Below, piece by piece: positions 10,272 through 20,754 of a stretch of DNA of 64,000 nucleotides. Position numbers and translations under genes: made by a program. Under the pieces are notes generated by a model. It made no database searches. It saw only the letters and a program-made list of their open reading frames with translations, and was not told the origin of the DNA. Each line of letters starts with the position of its first letter. The first letter of the stretch is position 1. Origin of the DNA: Minisyncoccota bacterium (lineage in GTDB: Bacteria; Patescibacteriota; Minisyncoccia; Phycocordibacterales; UBA9973); NCBI GenBank assembly GCA_035510575.1, contig DATKGV010000008.1:68618-132617 (forward strand), given 5' to 3'.

Positions 10272-11288
10272 ATGTCATATAATGTAATTGCGATGTCATT
10301 TAAAATAAAAGCATTATTCTGTTATATCATTGTTCTTGGCATGTTCTTGCTGCCAATGGTTTCTCGCGCTGTGCTTGAAATCGGATTGCAGGAAAGCGAT
10401 ATAAATGTAAGCACAGCTCCAGAAAATCCGGAGCCGTATCAAGATGTCAGCATCACTCTTAAAAGTTATTCAACTGATCTTGATAAAGCGATGATAGAAT
10501 GGAAGAGCGGGAAAAATGTGGTGCTGTCCGGCTATGGCAAGACAAGCTATTCATTTAAAGCTTCGGGACCGAACACTTCCACCGCTTTTAGTGTTACCAT
10601 AACGACTGCCGACGGATCTGATCAAATAACAATACCGGTAGTCATTACCCCGTCAGAAATTGAAATTCTATGGGAAGGATCTGATTCATATACTCCGCCT
10701 TTTTATCGTGGCAAAGCGTTCGTATCGCCGGATGGCCTTATTAAAGCCGTTGCAATACCGGATACTGGCATTATTTCCGATCAAGGAAATGTCACCTACA
10801 CTTGGCAAAATAACGGCAGCGCTGTTTTAGACGCATCGGGTTATAATAAAAACTCTTATGTGTTCCCAAATAGCGAGATCAATACATCTGAAAATGTGTC
10901 AGTCACGGCATCATCCGTAAACGGGCAATATAACGCCACCGGTTCCATTAAAATACCGATTATATCTCCCAAAATAATTTTCTATGAGAAATCGCCGACT
11001 GAAGGAATACTATATAATCGGGCTTTAGCCGATGAAGCATCTATGAGCGCAAACGAAAATGAAATGACCATAATAGCCGAGCCGTACTTCGCGGCGCTTA
11101 GGGGCAATGAAGATAAATTCACATATCAATGGCAGATTAACGGTGGGGATATAGACACTCCTGCCAATAAAACAGAATTGACCATCCAGCCGACTTCCCG
11201 CGGCGGATATGCCGATATAGGCCTTGATATGGAAAACTTGAACACGCTTTTCCAAAAAGTAAGCGGGCAATTAAGGTTGAATATGTAA
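10272..11288 (+). CDS. Exported hypothetical protein with Ig-like/PKD domains
   Basis: Signal peptide; SYTPPFYRGKA motif; YTW/YQW beta-strand motifs. Confidence 0.7.
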   Translation: MSYNVIAMSFKIKALFCYIIVLGMFLLPMVSRAVLEIGLQESDINVSTAPENPEPYQDVSITLKSYSTDLDKAMIEWKSGKNVVLSGYGKTSYSFKASGPNTSTAFSVTITTADGSDQITIPVVITPSEIEILWEGSDSYTPPFYRGKAFVSPDGLIKAVAIPDTGIISDQGNVTYTWQNNGSAVLDASGYNKNSYVFPNSEINTSENVSVTASSVNGQYNATGSIKIPIISPKIIFYEKSPTEGILYNRALADEASMSANENEMTIIAEPYFAALRGNEDKFTYQWQINGGDIDTPANKTELTIQPTSRGGYADIGLDMENLNTLFQKVSGQLRLNM

Positions 11289-11289
11289 T

Positions 11290-12531
11290 ATGAAAAAAAT
11301 AATTTTTTACATCTCAATATCTTTCATGGCAATAATTTTATTCGCGCCTTTTGCTACTAATGCTGCCGCAACTAATGCCAAGTTTTCCGGTCAAGTTGCA
11401 GGCATGACAACTGATGTTACCATTACTGCCAATGTTGCCGGTTCTGTCGGCAATATTACTTTAACTGCCAATAAAGTCACAGATGTTGAAGATTTAATTG
11501 CAAATTGGAATGATGATAATTCATCCAATGCTTTGACATTGACTGCGGGAGACGGGACTCAAATTCCCACGGCTAATATAGTCCTAACTGGAGGAAATAA
11601 TGCTAATAATGCGAATCCAGTTCCCGTCACTCCGATCAAACCAGGCGTAGCCAGCACTGTCTACAATCTTCTGGCTCCAATAGGCAATTTAGTTTGCATT
11701 GATACAAATACAGCCAATCCGGCAAAGGGCTGCGCGTCAGGCGGCATTGGGGATTATTTAAACATTATATTCAAGCTCGCTATCGGCTTATGCGCTGCTC
11801 TTGCCGTGGTTATGATAATCATAAATGCAGTCAAATACATGGGGCATGAATCGGTATTCGGCAAGACCGAGGCGATCGGAAATATATGGAATTGCGTGCT
11901 TGGCTTATTTATCGCCCTCGGCGCATATGCTCTCTTAAATACAATTAATCCGGATCTGCTGGGATCAAAAGGCGTAACAGTAAGCAATGTTACGATAAAT
12001 GTGGATCCAGACGCGCCTCAGCCAATACCTTCGGATGGCCAGCCGTATCCCGGCACAACTTATAAAAAAGGCGACGCTTTCCCATCGCCAGCAGTACCAG
12101 CTACTGATAACACATCGGATTTTTGGATAAGAAGCTATCTTAATGGATTGGGCATATCTGTTACTAAGGCAGCTTGCGTTAATGTCGGTGATTATGACTG
12201 TACAAGTTTATATAATCTTAATTATAAATATGTATATGCCCTAAAACAGGCCTGCTCGAATTGTGAACTGAATATTACGGGCGGCACTGAATTCTGGCGG
12301 CATGGATTAAACAGCGTGAAGAGTCACTATCCTGGCGGCTGGGTCGTCGACTTAGCAAAAACTTCGACTCTTACAGCATATGTTCATGGACTTACCAAAT
12401 TAAATCTTCCTAAATGGGGAAATGGCGGGGCAGATTGTTATTATGGTTCGGGATTGGGATTTGTGGAAGAGTTCGATCACTTCCATGCAATGAATAGCTT
12501 ATGCAATATAAACAACCAAGGTAGTATGTAA
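11290..12531 (+). CDS. Pilin-domain (VirB2-like) membrane protein with C-terminal peptidase M15/hedgehog-like domain
   Basis: Two TM helices in pilin pattern (YLNIIFKLAI...LGAYALLNTINPDL); C-terminal ITGGTE..SH..VD..DHFH. Confidence 0.6.
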   Translation: MKKIIFYISISFMAIILFAPFATNAAATNAKFSGQVAGMTTDVTITANVAGSVGNITLTANKVTDVEDLIANWNDDNSSNALTLTAGDGTQIPTANIVLTGGNNANNANPVPVTPIKPGVASTVYNLLAPIGNLVCIDTNTANPAKGCASGGIGDYLNIIFKLAIGLCAALAVVMIIINAVKYMGHESVFGKTEAIGNIWNCVLGLFIALGAYALLNTINPDLLGSKGVTVSNVTINVDPDAPQPIPSDGQPYPGTTYKKGDAFPSPAVPATDNTSDFWIRSYLNGLGISVTKAACVNVGDYDCTSLYNLNYKYVYALKQACSNCELNITGGTEFWRHGLNSVKSHYPGGWVVDLAKTSTLTAYVHGLTKLNLPKWGNGGADCYYGSGLGFVEEFDHFHAMNSLCNINNQGSM

Positions 12532-12548
12532 AAAGATATCATTAATTT

Positions 12549-13925
12549 ATGCCAAAGAAAACAATATTCATATTCATAGCAGTGTTTGTGCTCACAGGAG
12601 TGATAATGCTTATTATTTATTTCTTCATAGGCAGTTCAAAAACGACACCGAGTACGACAAACAACGCAACGACAAATTATCAGACATTTAATCCTTTCGG
12701 CAGCGGAACACAGACAGCGCCGGCAAATAATCAAAATACCCAATCTACTGAAACAACAGCAAATCAACCACAGCAACAGACAACACCGATTGTTTCCAAA
12801 TTCCATCAAATAACTAATTTTTCTGTCGCCGGAGCAACTTATTTTGAAGATACAAGACCGATACAAGTGACTCCTGCTACCGCTCCCACCACAACTGTTC
12901 CAACCACTCCAACAACAAATCAAACGCAGCCAGTTGCAAGCGCTCCAAATCCGACAAGTACTCAAACCAAAACAACAAAGATCGCTGTTCCAAAGTCAGT
13001 TCAGCCAAAATTTGAGACAGTTCCATCTATACGATATGTTGAACGGGTGACCGGGCATATTTATGAGATGTATTTGGATACGAAAGCAGTAAATCAGATT
13101 TCAAATTCAACAATACCAAGCATCTATGAAGCGATTTTTGACGGCAAGGCGCAAACTGTCATTTATAGATATCTAGGAACCGACAATCAAACTATAAGCA
13201 GTTTTATGGCAACTATGGGCGAAACAAAAGGCGAATTTCTGCCTGATAATATCACTGATATAAGCTTATCTCCCGACAAAAGCAAGTTCTTTTATTTGAC
13301 AGAAAATCAGAATGGCATAACAGGGACAACTAGGGCGTTTGCTGAAACTAAAAAGTATCAGGTCTTCAGCTCGCCGTTCACAGAATGGCTGTCGCAATGG
13401 GTCGGCAGTCAAAAAGTATTTTTGACGACAAAGGCCTCTTGGTCTGTTAATGGGGACTTATTCAGCTTAAATACCGCAAACGGATCTTTGACGAAAGTAT
13501 TCGGCGGTATAGCCGGTCTTACGACATTAGCCAATAAAGACGGTACGGTGGTTCTTTATAGCGCTTCGCTTTCTGATGGACCTAAGCTTGAACTCTTTAA
13601 TATAAGCAAGCATATTTCAAGCGATTTAAATATGTACGGCTTGCCTGAGAAGTGCGTATGGAGCAACGATAATATAAATATTTATTGCGGGGTGCCTAAA
13701 AATGTAGCGGGTAATGAGTATCCTGACTCTTGGTATCAGGGACTGATATCTTTTGACGATTATTTTGTTAAAATAAACACTGCAACATTTCAAGTGGAAA
13801 CAGTATCGGATGGAACCAACGCAGAACCTATAGATGCCACGCATTTATTCCTAGATAAAGGAGAGAATAATCTGTTTTTTATAAACAAAATTGATTCCAC
13901 ATTGTGGAGTCTTGATCTTAAGTAA
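12549..13925 (+). CDS. Membrane-anchored protein with Thr/Gln/Pro-rich stalk and beta-propeller-like domain
   Basis: N-terminal TM; low-complexity linker; SPDK, EKCVW, YPDSWYQG motifs. Confidence 0.7.
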   Translation: MPKKTIFIFIAVFVLTGVIMLIIYFFIGSSKTTPSTTNNATTNYQTFNPFGSGTQTAPANNQNTQSTETTANQPQQQTTPIVSKFHQITNFSVAGATYFEDTRPIQVTPATAPTTTVPTTPTTNQTQPVASAPNPTSTQTKTTKIAVPKSVQPKFETVPSIRYVERVTGHIYEMYLDTKAVNQISNSTIPSIYEAIFDGKAQTVIYRYLGTDNQTISSFMATMGETKGEFLPDNITDISLSPDKSKFFYLTENQNGITGTTRAFAETKKYQVFSSPFTEWLSQWVGSQKVFLTTKASWSVNGDLFSLNTANGSLTKVFGGIAGLTTLANKDGTVVLYSASLSDGPKLELFNISKHISSDLNMYGLPEKCVWSNDNINIYCGVPKNVAGNEYPDSWYQGLISFDDYFVKINTATFQVETVSDGTNAEPIDATHLFLDKGENNLFFINKIDSTLWSLDLK

Positions 13926-13931
13926 TTTTTC

Positions 13932-14414
13932 TTAAATTTTATTCTCATTCACATATTTAATTATTATGCGGCGGTTTGAACCGGATCCTTCCGATTCTGT
14001 CTTAAGGTCTTTAGCTCCTTCCAAAAACATATGCACAATTCTGCGATCATAGGCCGGCATCGGGTCGATTTCAATATTGCTTTTGAAATATCTGGCGCGT
14101 TCAGCCATCATATGCGCTATATTCTTTAAATTATCAAAATGCTTTTTCTGATAGCCATTAATGTCAATAAAGATGTCCGTACTTTTTTCTTCACCTTCTA
14201 TTTTTTCAATAATCTTTTTAATTAGATGATTGAGGGACTTGAGTGTTTCACCATCGCGCCCTATCACAAGCCGAGAATCAGGAGTTTCTATGGTGCACCA
14301 CAGCATTCCATTTTCGTCAGTAAATTCGCACTTTGAAATAGAGCAATCTATGAGAGTGAATATGTCATTTATAATTTTTTTGATTTCATCTTGATTCATA
14401 AAAAGTTTTATCAC
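13932..14414 (-). CDS. jag: Jag/EloR (KH + R3H) RNA-binding protein
   Basis: VIGRDGETLKSL KH motif; RRIVH R3H motif; downstream of yidC. Confidence 0.85.
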   Translation of the reverse strand: MIKLFMNQDEIKKIINDIFTLIDCSISKCEFTDENGMLWCTIETPDSRLVIGRDGETLKSLNHLIKKIIEKIEGEEKSTDIFIDINGYQKKHFDNLKNIAHMMAERARYFKSNIEIDPMPAYDRRIVHMFLEGAKDLKTESEGSGSNRRIIIKYVNENKI

Positions 14415-15163
14415 ATTGCTTGTTTTGCCATTTGTTTATTCAAGCTTTTTCTTATATACCATTCTTGAATAATAGTGAAGACGGTGCTTATAATCCAATA
14501 TAATGCAACAGCGGCCGAGATTTTATAGGCAATGAAGACGATAAAGAGGGGGAGTATGTATTTTACATTCATCTGCATGCTGTCAGAAAGCTGTTCCTGG
14601 AATGTTTTAGTTTCTTGCGGTTTTATTTCTTTTACGATTTCAACCTTCGGCTTAATTGGCGTCGCAAGATATCCTTGTATAAATTGCGCAACTCCGGCAA
14701 TAACAGCCAGAACTATGCTTTTGCTGTGCATTTCAATCAATCCTAAAAAATTGGTGTGAATATAAATAGGATAGTGCATGAAAGAGTATAGAGGCCCGGT
14801 ATCAAGAGACAATCCCTTATAAAAAACATAATATAAGGCAAAAATAACAGGCAGTTGAAGCAGGACCACCAAGCATCCGGAAAACGGATTGGTGCCGTAT
14901 TTCTTATATAATTCAAATGTTTTCTTGGCTTGCTCCTCTTTATTGGGAAAATCTTTCTTAATTTGCTTAATTTCAGGCTCTATGCGCTTCATCAGCACTT
15001 GGCTTTTTATGGACTTCTTTGTAAGAGGATAGAGTATGAATTTAACAACAATAGTCAATAGGATAATGGCAAAACCAACGTCGCCGAAGGTTATTGTATT
15101 AATTATAAATATAAGAGCATTGTAAATCGGCTGATAAAAGACCGTGTTCCATAATATATTCAT
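14411..15163 (-). CDS. yidC: Membrane protein insertase YidC
   Basis: LYKKYGTNPFSGCL..LQLPV; ALYWI; operon position. Confidence 0.92.
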   Translation of the reverse strand: MNILWNTVFYQPIYNALIFIINTITFGDVGFAIILLTIVVKFILYPLTKKSIKSQVLMKRIEPEIKQIKKDFPNKEEQAKKTFELYKKYGTNPFSGCLVVLLQLPVIFALYYVFYKGLSLDTGPLYSFMHYPIYIHTNFLGLIEMHSKSIVLAVIAGVAQFIQGYLATPIKPKVEIVKEIKPQETKTFQEQLSDSMQMNVKYILPLFIVFIAYKISAAVALYWIISTVFTIIQEWYIRKSLNKQMAKQAM

Positions 15164-15193
15164 TGGTCTATTGTATCTTAAAAAAAATTAAAA

Positions 15194-15409
15194 TCAAATA
15201 AGGGGGTCATAACGGTTTTTTTGCCATGGATGACAGCGGCAAATTCTTACAAACCCGCGAGTAATGCCTCCAATAGCGCCATATTTCAATACGGCTTCTT
15301 TTGTATATTCAGAGCAAGTCGGCAAAAAAACACATGATGAATGCGCTTTAAGATTAATTTTTTGATAAGCATTAATAGTTGAAATAATAACTTTTTTTAT
15401 TGGATTCAT
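15194..15409 (-). CDS. yidD: Membrane protein insertion efficiency factor YidD
   Basis: C.F.PTCSEY...RICRCHPW...DP. Confidence 0.92.
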   Translation of the reverse strand: MNPIKKVIISTINAYQKINLKAHSSCVFLPTCSEYTKEAVLKYGAIGGITRGFVRICRCHPWQKNRYDPLI

Positions 15410-15720
15410 TTTAATTTTTTAAATAAATTTTCTATATCGCTTTTAATTTCTTGAAAGGACGCCTGCTTCCCGGATTTTTTATAAAAAAAGATGCCTGAAA
15501 TATTTTTAGATAAGTATGGAAACATGGCGCGATAGCCGATCCTGCGAAGCTTGTTCCTATCAACGGCTTTCTTCGCCACGCTCTTAGGCACCACAAAAGC
15601 GTATCGCGGCGCATTGCTATTGATATAGCGGAATATAAAAAACAGGCCAGAGAGAGATCCTCCAGTTTTTATAATCTTTTGGAATAACTCTTTTGTGACC
15701 CTCTTATTTTTCGGAAGCAT
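15406..15720 (-). CDS. rnpA: Ribonuclease P protein component
   Basis: MLPK..R; KKAVDRNKLRR (RNR motif); follows rpmH. Confidence 0.9.
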   Translation of the reverse strand: MLPKNKRVTKELFQKIIKTGGSLSGLFFIFRYINSNAPRYAFVVPKSVAKKAVDRNKLRRIGYRAMFPYLSKNISGIFFYKKSGKQASFQEIKSDIENLFKKLK

Positions 15721-15729
15721 AAACAGATT

Positions 15730-15870
15730 TTATTTTTTAATGGAGACATTGGCGCGGCCTTTTCGGCGGCGGCGCGATATAACCTTTCTGCCTCCCGGAT
15801 TCTTTGAGCGAACTAAGAAACCATGGGTCTTAGCCCTTTTTCTTCTGTTTGGTTTATATGTTTGAGACAT
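15730..15870 (-). CDS. rpmH: 50S ribosomal protein L34 (not in the ORF track)
   Basis: Translated by hand: [46 protein letters not shown]. Confidence 0.95.
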   Translation of the reverse strand: MSQTYKPNRRKRAKTHGFLVRSKNPGGRKVISRRRRKGRANVSIKK

Positions 15871-16012
15871 GTTAGGAATATATAACATAATCAAACATAA
15901 AGCAAATATGGGTAAATTTTTTAGTAAAGAATGCTAAAAAAATTTAATCCACACGTTATTAACATGTTAATCCAGATATTGCATTGCTACCTGATTTTAA
16001 AAAAGTAGTATA

Positions 16013-17374
16013 ATGACCGCTATGAATACAAATGAGCTTTGGACAAATTGCCTTTCAGAAATAGAATTAAATATTTCAAAGGCCAATTTTACAACTTGGT
16101 TTAAAAACACCTCCATAGTAAAAGAAGATAGCGGGACTGTTTATGTGGGCGTCCCCAATGAATTCGTCAAGGATTGGCTATACAACAAATTCCACAAGCT
16201 TATTTTAAAGACGCTTATTGAGCATAATAACGGGGTAAGAAGCATAGAATATATGATTTCCAAACATGAAGCTGGAAAACAAAATGAGGAAAATAAATCC
16301 ATGCCTGCCATTCAGAATATTAATAAAGAACTGCCTCTGAATGACTTATATATAAATAAAGATGACAATCTAAATCCTAAATATAATTTCAATTCTTTTA
16401 TCGTCGGGCCGTTTAATGAGCTGGCTTATGCCGTTGCCCAAGCCATCATCGCCAACCCAGGGCATAGTTATAATCCATTTTTTGTTTATGGCGGAACCGG
16501 CTTAGGCAAGACCCATGTGATCCAGGCGATAGGCAATACTATAAAAGTGAAATATCCTTTGAAAAAGATTTATTATGTTTCTTTAGAAAGATTTGCTATT
16601 GATTACATAAACTCCATTCAGAACAAGAACCCGAATTCATTCAAGGAGAAATATAGGAAATATGATGTTGTTATAATGGATGACATACAATTCATTTCAG
16701 GGAAAGACAAGACCCAGGAAGAATTATTTCATCTTTTCAATACTTTATATGAAAATAACAAGCAAATAATTTTTTCTTCAGACAAGCATCCTAATTTCAT
16801 TCAAGGACTTGAAGAACGTCTTCAGTCCCGTTTTGCTTCTGGGATGACAGTTCAAATAGTCGAGCCGGATTATGAATCGCGCATCGCCATAATAAAAGCA
16901 AAATTTGAATCTACCAACTGCATCGTGGAACCTGATGTCATTTCTTATTTGGCCGAATCATTAGATGGCAATATTCGCGAGCTTGAGGGCAGTTTAAATA
17001 CAATTATCTGCCAGTCGCAACTGAAAAATAAATCTCTCTCGCTTTCGGAAGTAAAAATATTGATAAAAAACAATATTAAGCCTAAAAAAACCGTTGCAAT
17101 AAAGGATATTGTGCGCATTATAGCTAATTATTATGGTATAGAAGAAGATGTTATTTATGAGCAAACCCGCCGCCGAGAAATTGTTAGAGCCAGGCAGGTG
17201 GCAATGTATATACTTCGCGAGGATTTCAATATATCATATCCGCTAATAGGGCAGAAAATGGGCGGCCGCGACCATACAACAGTGATTCATTCTCATTTGA
17301 AAATAAAAGAGGGCCTGAAGGTTGACCCATCATTATTGCAAGAAATAGAAAAAATAAGGATAATGTTCAAGTAA
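16013..17374 (+). CDS. dnaA: Chromosomal replication initiator DnaA
   Basis: YNPFFVYGGTGLGKTH; DDIQF; RELEG; GGRDHTTV. Confidence 0.98.
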   Translation: MTAMNTNELWTNCLSEIELNISKANFTTWFKNTSIVKEDSGTVYVGVPNEFVKDWLYNKFHKLILKTLIEHNNGVRSIEYMISKHEAGKQNEENKSMPAIQNINKELPLNDLYINKDDNLNPKYNFNSFIVGPFNELAYAVAQAIIANPGHSYNPFFVYGGTGLGKTHVIQAIGNTIKVKYPLKKIYYVSLERFAIDYINSIQNKNPNSFKEKYRKYDVVIMDDIQFISGKDKTQEELFHLFNTLYENNKQIIFSSDKHPNFIQGLEERLQSRFASGMTVQIVEPDYESRIAIIKAKFESTNCIVEPDVISYLAESLDGNIRELEGSLNTIICQSQLKNKSLSLSEVKILIKNNIKPKKTVAIKDIVRIIANYYGIEEDVIYEQTRRREIVRARQVAMYILREDFNISYPLIGQKMGGRDHTTVIHSHLKIKEGLKVDPSLLQEIEKIRIMFK

Positions 17375-17602
17375 ATTATTATATTAAAAAAAATAAAGAG
17401 TGTGGAAAAAGTGTGCCTGTAATATTTGAAAATGTGCATAACTTCAATGAAAATATTAAAATAATAATTACTTAATAATATATAAATGATTAAAAAATAT
17501 TAAAAAGCAAAAGTGTTTGAATTTTAAAAGATTAAAAAACAATCCACATATCCACATTGATCATATTAATAATAAAGTATTTAAATATAAATTAAAACAA
17601 AT
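17375..17602. other. oriC candidate (dnaA-dnaN intergenic region)
   Basis: DnaA boxes tgtggaaaa (17401-17409) and tgtgcataa (17433-17441), degenerate caatccaca/atatccaca (17540-17556), very AT-rich core; further degenerate boxes near 15943-15964. Confidence 0.8.
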
Positions 17603-18700
17603 ATGAAAATAGAATGTTCAATAGAAAAAATTAAAAGTGCGCTAATTACAGTTGATAGAATTACTGGCAAAAATTTGACGCTCCCGGTTCTCGGATCGAT
17701 ACTTTGGGTTGCTGCCGGCAAGACGCTGAAATTAAGGGCTACTAATTTAAGCATTGGAATTGAGATGGAAATAGGAGCGAAAATTGAAAAAGATGGAGTT
17801 GCCGCTATTCGCGGAGATATAATTTCATCTCTGTTTTCTGTTCTTGGTGGTGATGGATCAGTTTCTTTTGAATTAATAAACGGCAATTTGCTGGTCAAAA
17901 CAAAAACAAACACTATTTTATTAAAAAGCATACCGCATGAGGACTTTCCGACGATACCGGTTATAGAAGGGGAAAATCTCATAATACCGGCTAGAAAATT
18001 TATCGAAGGGATGAAGTCCGTATATTATGGGGCTTCGGTTTCAGATATCAAGCCGGAAATCGGGAGCGTTTACATATACCCTGAAAACGATACTCTTGTT
18101 TTTGTTTCCACGGACTCGTTCCGCTTGGCGGAAAAAAAAGTTAGAATAAAGCAGAACTTGTCTTTTAATGGAATACTGATTCCATTGAGAAATGTTGTTG
18201 AAATAATAAAAGTATTTGACGGAATTGACGGCGATATAAATATAACTCTGCAAAAAAATCAGATATCGTTTAAAACAGCCAATATATATCTGACTTCAAG
18301 AGTTGTAGACGGAGTATTCCCTGACTATAAGCAGATTATTCCCAAGGGTTCCAGCACTGAAGCCGTTATTTTAAAGCAAGATCTGATTTCATCTTTGAAA
18401 ATCTCCAATATTTTCTCTGATAAATTCAATCAAATAACATTTAAAATCAATCCGCCGGAAAAGATTTTTGAAATAGAATCCCAAAATGCCGATGTGGGAG
18501 AAAACACAACTCTCATCAGCGGCGCTCTTTCGGGTGAAAGCGTGTCTGTTAATTTCAATTACAAATACATATTGGATTGCTTTCAATCAATAACTGCCGA
18601 CAGCATTAATTTGGAATTAAACGGCAATAATAAGCCGATGATTATCAGGCCAGTAGGAGATCAATCTTTCATGTATTTGGTGATGCCAATGAATAGATAA
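17603..18700 (+). CDS. dnaN: DNA polymerase III beta clamp
   Basis: STDSFRLAE; FPDYKQIIP; C-terminal LVMPM. Confidence 0.97.
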   Translation: MKIECSIEKIKSALITVDRITGKNLTLPVLGSILWVAAGKTLKLRATNLSIGIEMEIGAKIEKDGVAAIRGDIISSLFSVLGGDGSVSFELINGNLLVKTKTNTILLKSIPHEDFPTIPVIEGENLIIPARKFIEGMKSVYYGASVSDIKPEIGSVYIYPENDTLVFVSTDSFRLAEKKVRIKQNLSFNGILIPLRNVVEIIKVFDGIDGDINITLQKNQISFKTANIYLTSRVVDGVFPDYKQIIPKGSSTEAVILKQDLISSLKISNIFSDKFNQITFKINPPEKIFEIESQNADVGENTTLISGALSGESVSVNFNYKYILDCFQSITADSINLELNGNNKPMIIRPVGDQSFMYLVMPMNR

Positions 18701-18703
18701 AAT

Positions 18704-18967
18704 ATGGATTATAACCACATCAACAATTTCTTAGAAAAGTTTAAAACGCTTGTTTTTAAAAATGAAGAAGCAAATAAAATAATAGCCGAAGCAATAGAAA
18801 AGTATACAAAATTTCCAATAGAAGCAAATAAAATAAAAATAAAAGGAACAACTATAAATATAAATAGCTCGCCAATATTTAAAAACGAAATTTTAATTCA
18901 CAAACAAAAAATTCTATCTGATCTAGCCAATCTTCTGCCAGACAAAAATTTTAAAGATATAAGATAA
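18704..18967 (+). CDS. Small protein, possibly DciA/DUF721-like
   Basis: Directly after dnaN; I..SP..K.EI...K..IL..L...DIR pattern. Confidence 0.5.
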   Translation: MDYNHINNFLEKFKTLVFKNEEANKIIAEAIEKYTKFPIEANKIKIKGTTININSSPIFKNEILIHKQKILSDLANLLPDKNFKDIR

Positions 18968-18974
18968 ATTAAAA

Positions 18975-20690
18975 ATGAATTCAGAAACTAAAATCTGCCA
19001 AAATTGCAAAAACAACTTTATTATTGAGCCAGACGATTTTTCTTTTTATGAAAAAATAAAAGTCCCTCCGCCGACTTTTTGCCCGGAATGCAGAATGATT
19101 AGAAGAATGATATGGCGAAATATGAGAGCATTATATAGAAGAGAATGCGGATTATGCAAGAAATCCTTGATCAGTATGTATTCTGATAGCATTCCTGTTT
19201 ATTGCAATAATTGCTGGTATGGAGATAAATGGGATCCATTATCTTATGGAAAAAAATATGACTTCTCTAAGTCATTTTTTATTCAATTAAAAGAATTATT
19301 TAAAACTGTTCCAAGATTATATAGTTTTGCTTATGGTAATTTGATTAATTCCGATTTTATTAATTTTGGCACAGAGAATAAAAATGTCTATTTATCCTAT
19401 TCAGTAGTTGATTGTGAAGACGTTATGTATTCTGAAAATATTGATAATTCAAAGAATAGTTTTGATAATTTTAGTGTTACAAAAATAGATGGGTGTTCAT
19501 TTAATGTAGATTGTGAAGGAAATTACAATACTCATTATGCTATTCAATCTAATAATTGCATTGATTCTTATTTCGTTTTTGATTGCATGAATTGCCAGAA
19601 TTGCTGTTTAAGCTATAACTTGAGAAATCAGAAATATATATTTAGAAATAAAAAATTATCAAAAGAGGAATATGAAGGTGAAATCAAAAAACTTAAATTA
19701 GAAACATATTCTGAATTAGAAAAAACAAAAGAAGAATTTAATGATCTTATTAAGAAAAATGCCATACATCGGTATGCCTTAATTTTTGCTTCACAAAATG
19801 CAACAGGAGATTATATTCACCACTCAAAAAATATAAGAAATTCTTTTGATATTAGCAATAATTCAGAGAATGTAGTTTATAGTGTAAGAATACATGGTGG
19901 CAGAGATTATTATGATGTTCAAGGCGCCAACAAAGCCGAATTATGTTATGAATCAATAGCTCCAAGCTTAAATAGCTATAAAAATTTCTTTTGTTATCTG
20001 ACTAATTTTGGTTGCCGTGAATGCGAATACTCTTTTATTCTTAAGGGTTGTTCAAATTGTTTTGGTTGTTTGGGTCTTGCTAATGCTGAATTTTGTATTT
20101 TTAATAGGCAATATGCGAAGGAAGAATATTTTCCATTAATTGAAAAGATAAAACAACATATGACAAATATGCCATATATAGACGAAAAAGGAAGAACATA
20201 TAAATATGGTGAATTTTTTCCTTATGATATGTGTCCTTTTGGATATAATGAAACTAATGCCCATGACTTCTTTAATTTAAAAAAGGAAGAAGCGATTAAA
20301 ATGGGTTATATTTGGAAAGATCGTGAAAAAAGGGACTATAAAATAACAAAAAATTCATACGATTTACCAGATAATATTTTTGATATTTCTAAGGATATTC
20401 TAAATGAAGTTATTTCTTGTCCAAATAATGGCAATCAAGATTTTCAATGCTCTAGCGCCTATCGCATAATGCCGGATGAGCTCCAATTCTACCAACAAAA
20501 AAAATTACCACTTCCTAAATACTGTCCTAATTGTAGACATTACCAAAGATTAAAATATCACAACCCTTTTAAACTATGGTATCGCAAATGTATGAATAAG
20601 GGATGTACTAATGAATTTGAGACAAGCTATGCGCCAGACAGATCAGAAATTATCTATTGCGAGAAATGTTATCAACAGGAAGTGTATTAG
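18975..20690 (+). CDS. CPR-typical Cys-rich hypothetical protein (zinc ribbons plus repeats)
   Basis: CQNC, PPTFCPECR, YGEFFP, C-terminal YCEKCY motifs. Confidence 0.8.
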   Translation: MNSETKICQNCKNNFIIEPDDFSFYEKIKVPPPTFCPECRMIRRMIWRNMRALYRRECGLCKKSLISMYSDSIPVYCNNCWYGDKWDPLSYGKKYDFSKSFFIQLKELFKTVPRLYSFAYGNLINSDFINFGTENKNVYLSYSVVDCEDVMYSENIDNSKNSFDNFSVTKIDGCSFNVDCEGNYNTHYAIQSNNCIDSYFVFDCMNCQNCCLSYNLRNQKYIFRNKKLSKEEYEGEIKKLKLETYSELEKTKEEFNDLIKKNAIHRYALIFASQNATGDYIHHSKNIRNSFDISNNSENVVYSVRIHGGRDYYDVQGANKAELCYESIAPSLNSYKNFFCYLTNFGCRECEYSFILKGCSNCFGCLGLANAEFCIFNRQYAKEEYFPLIEKIKQHMTNMPYIDEKGRTYKYGEFFPYDMCPFGYNETNAHDFFNLKKEEAIKMGYIWKDREKRDYKITKNSYDLPDNIFDISKDILNEVISCPNNGNQDFQCSSAYRIMPDELQFYQQKKLPLPKYCPNCRHYQRLKYHNPFKLWYRKCMNKGCTNEFETSYAPDRSEIIYCEKCYQQEVY

Positions 20691-20700
20691 ATTAATTAAT

Positions 20701-20742
20701 AAAATGCTACAAACTCTGCCATGGCAGAGTTTGTAGCATTTT
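20701..20742. terminator. Perfect 42-bp palindrome, bidirectional terminator
   Basis: aaaatgctacaaactctgccatggcagagtttgtagcatttt between convergent genes. Confidence 0.85.
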
Positions 20743-20754
20743 TAAGGATAGAGA

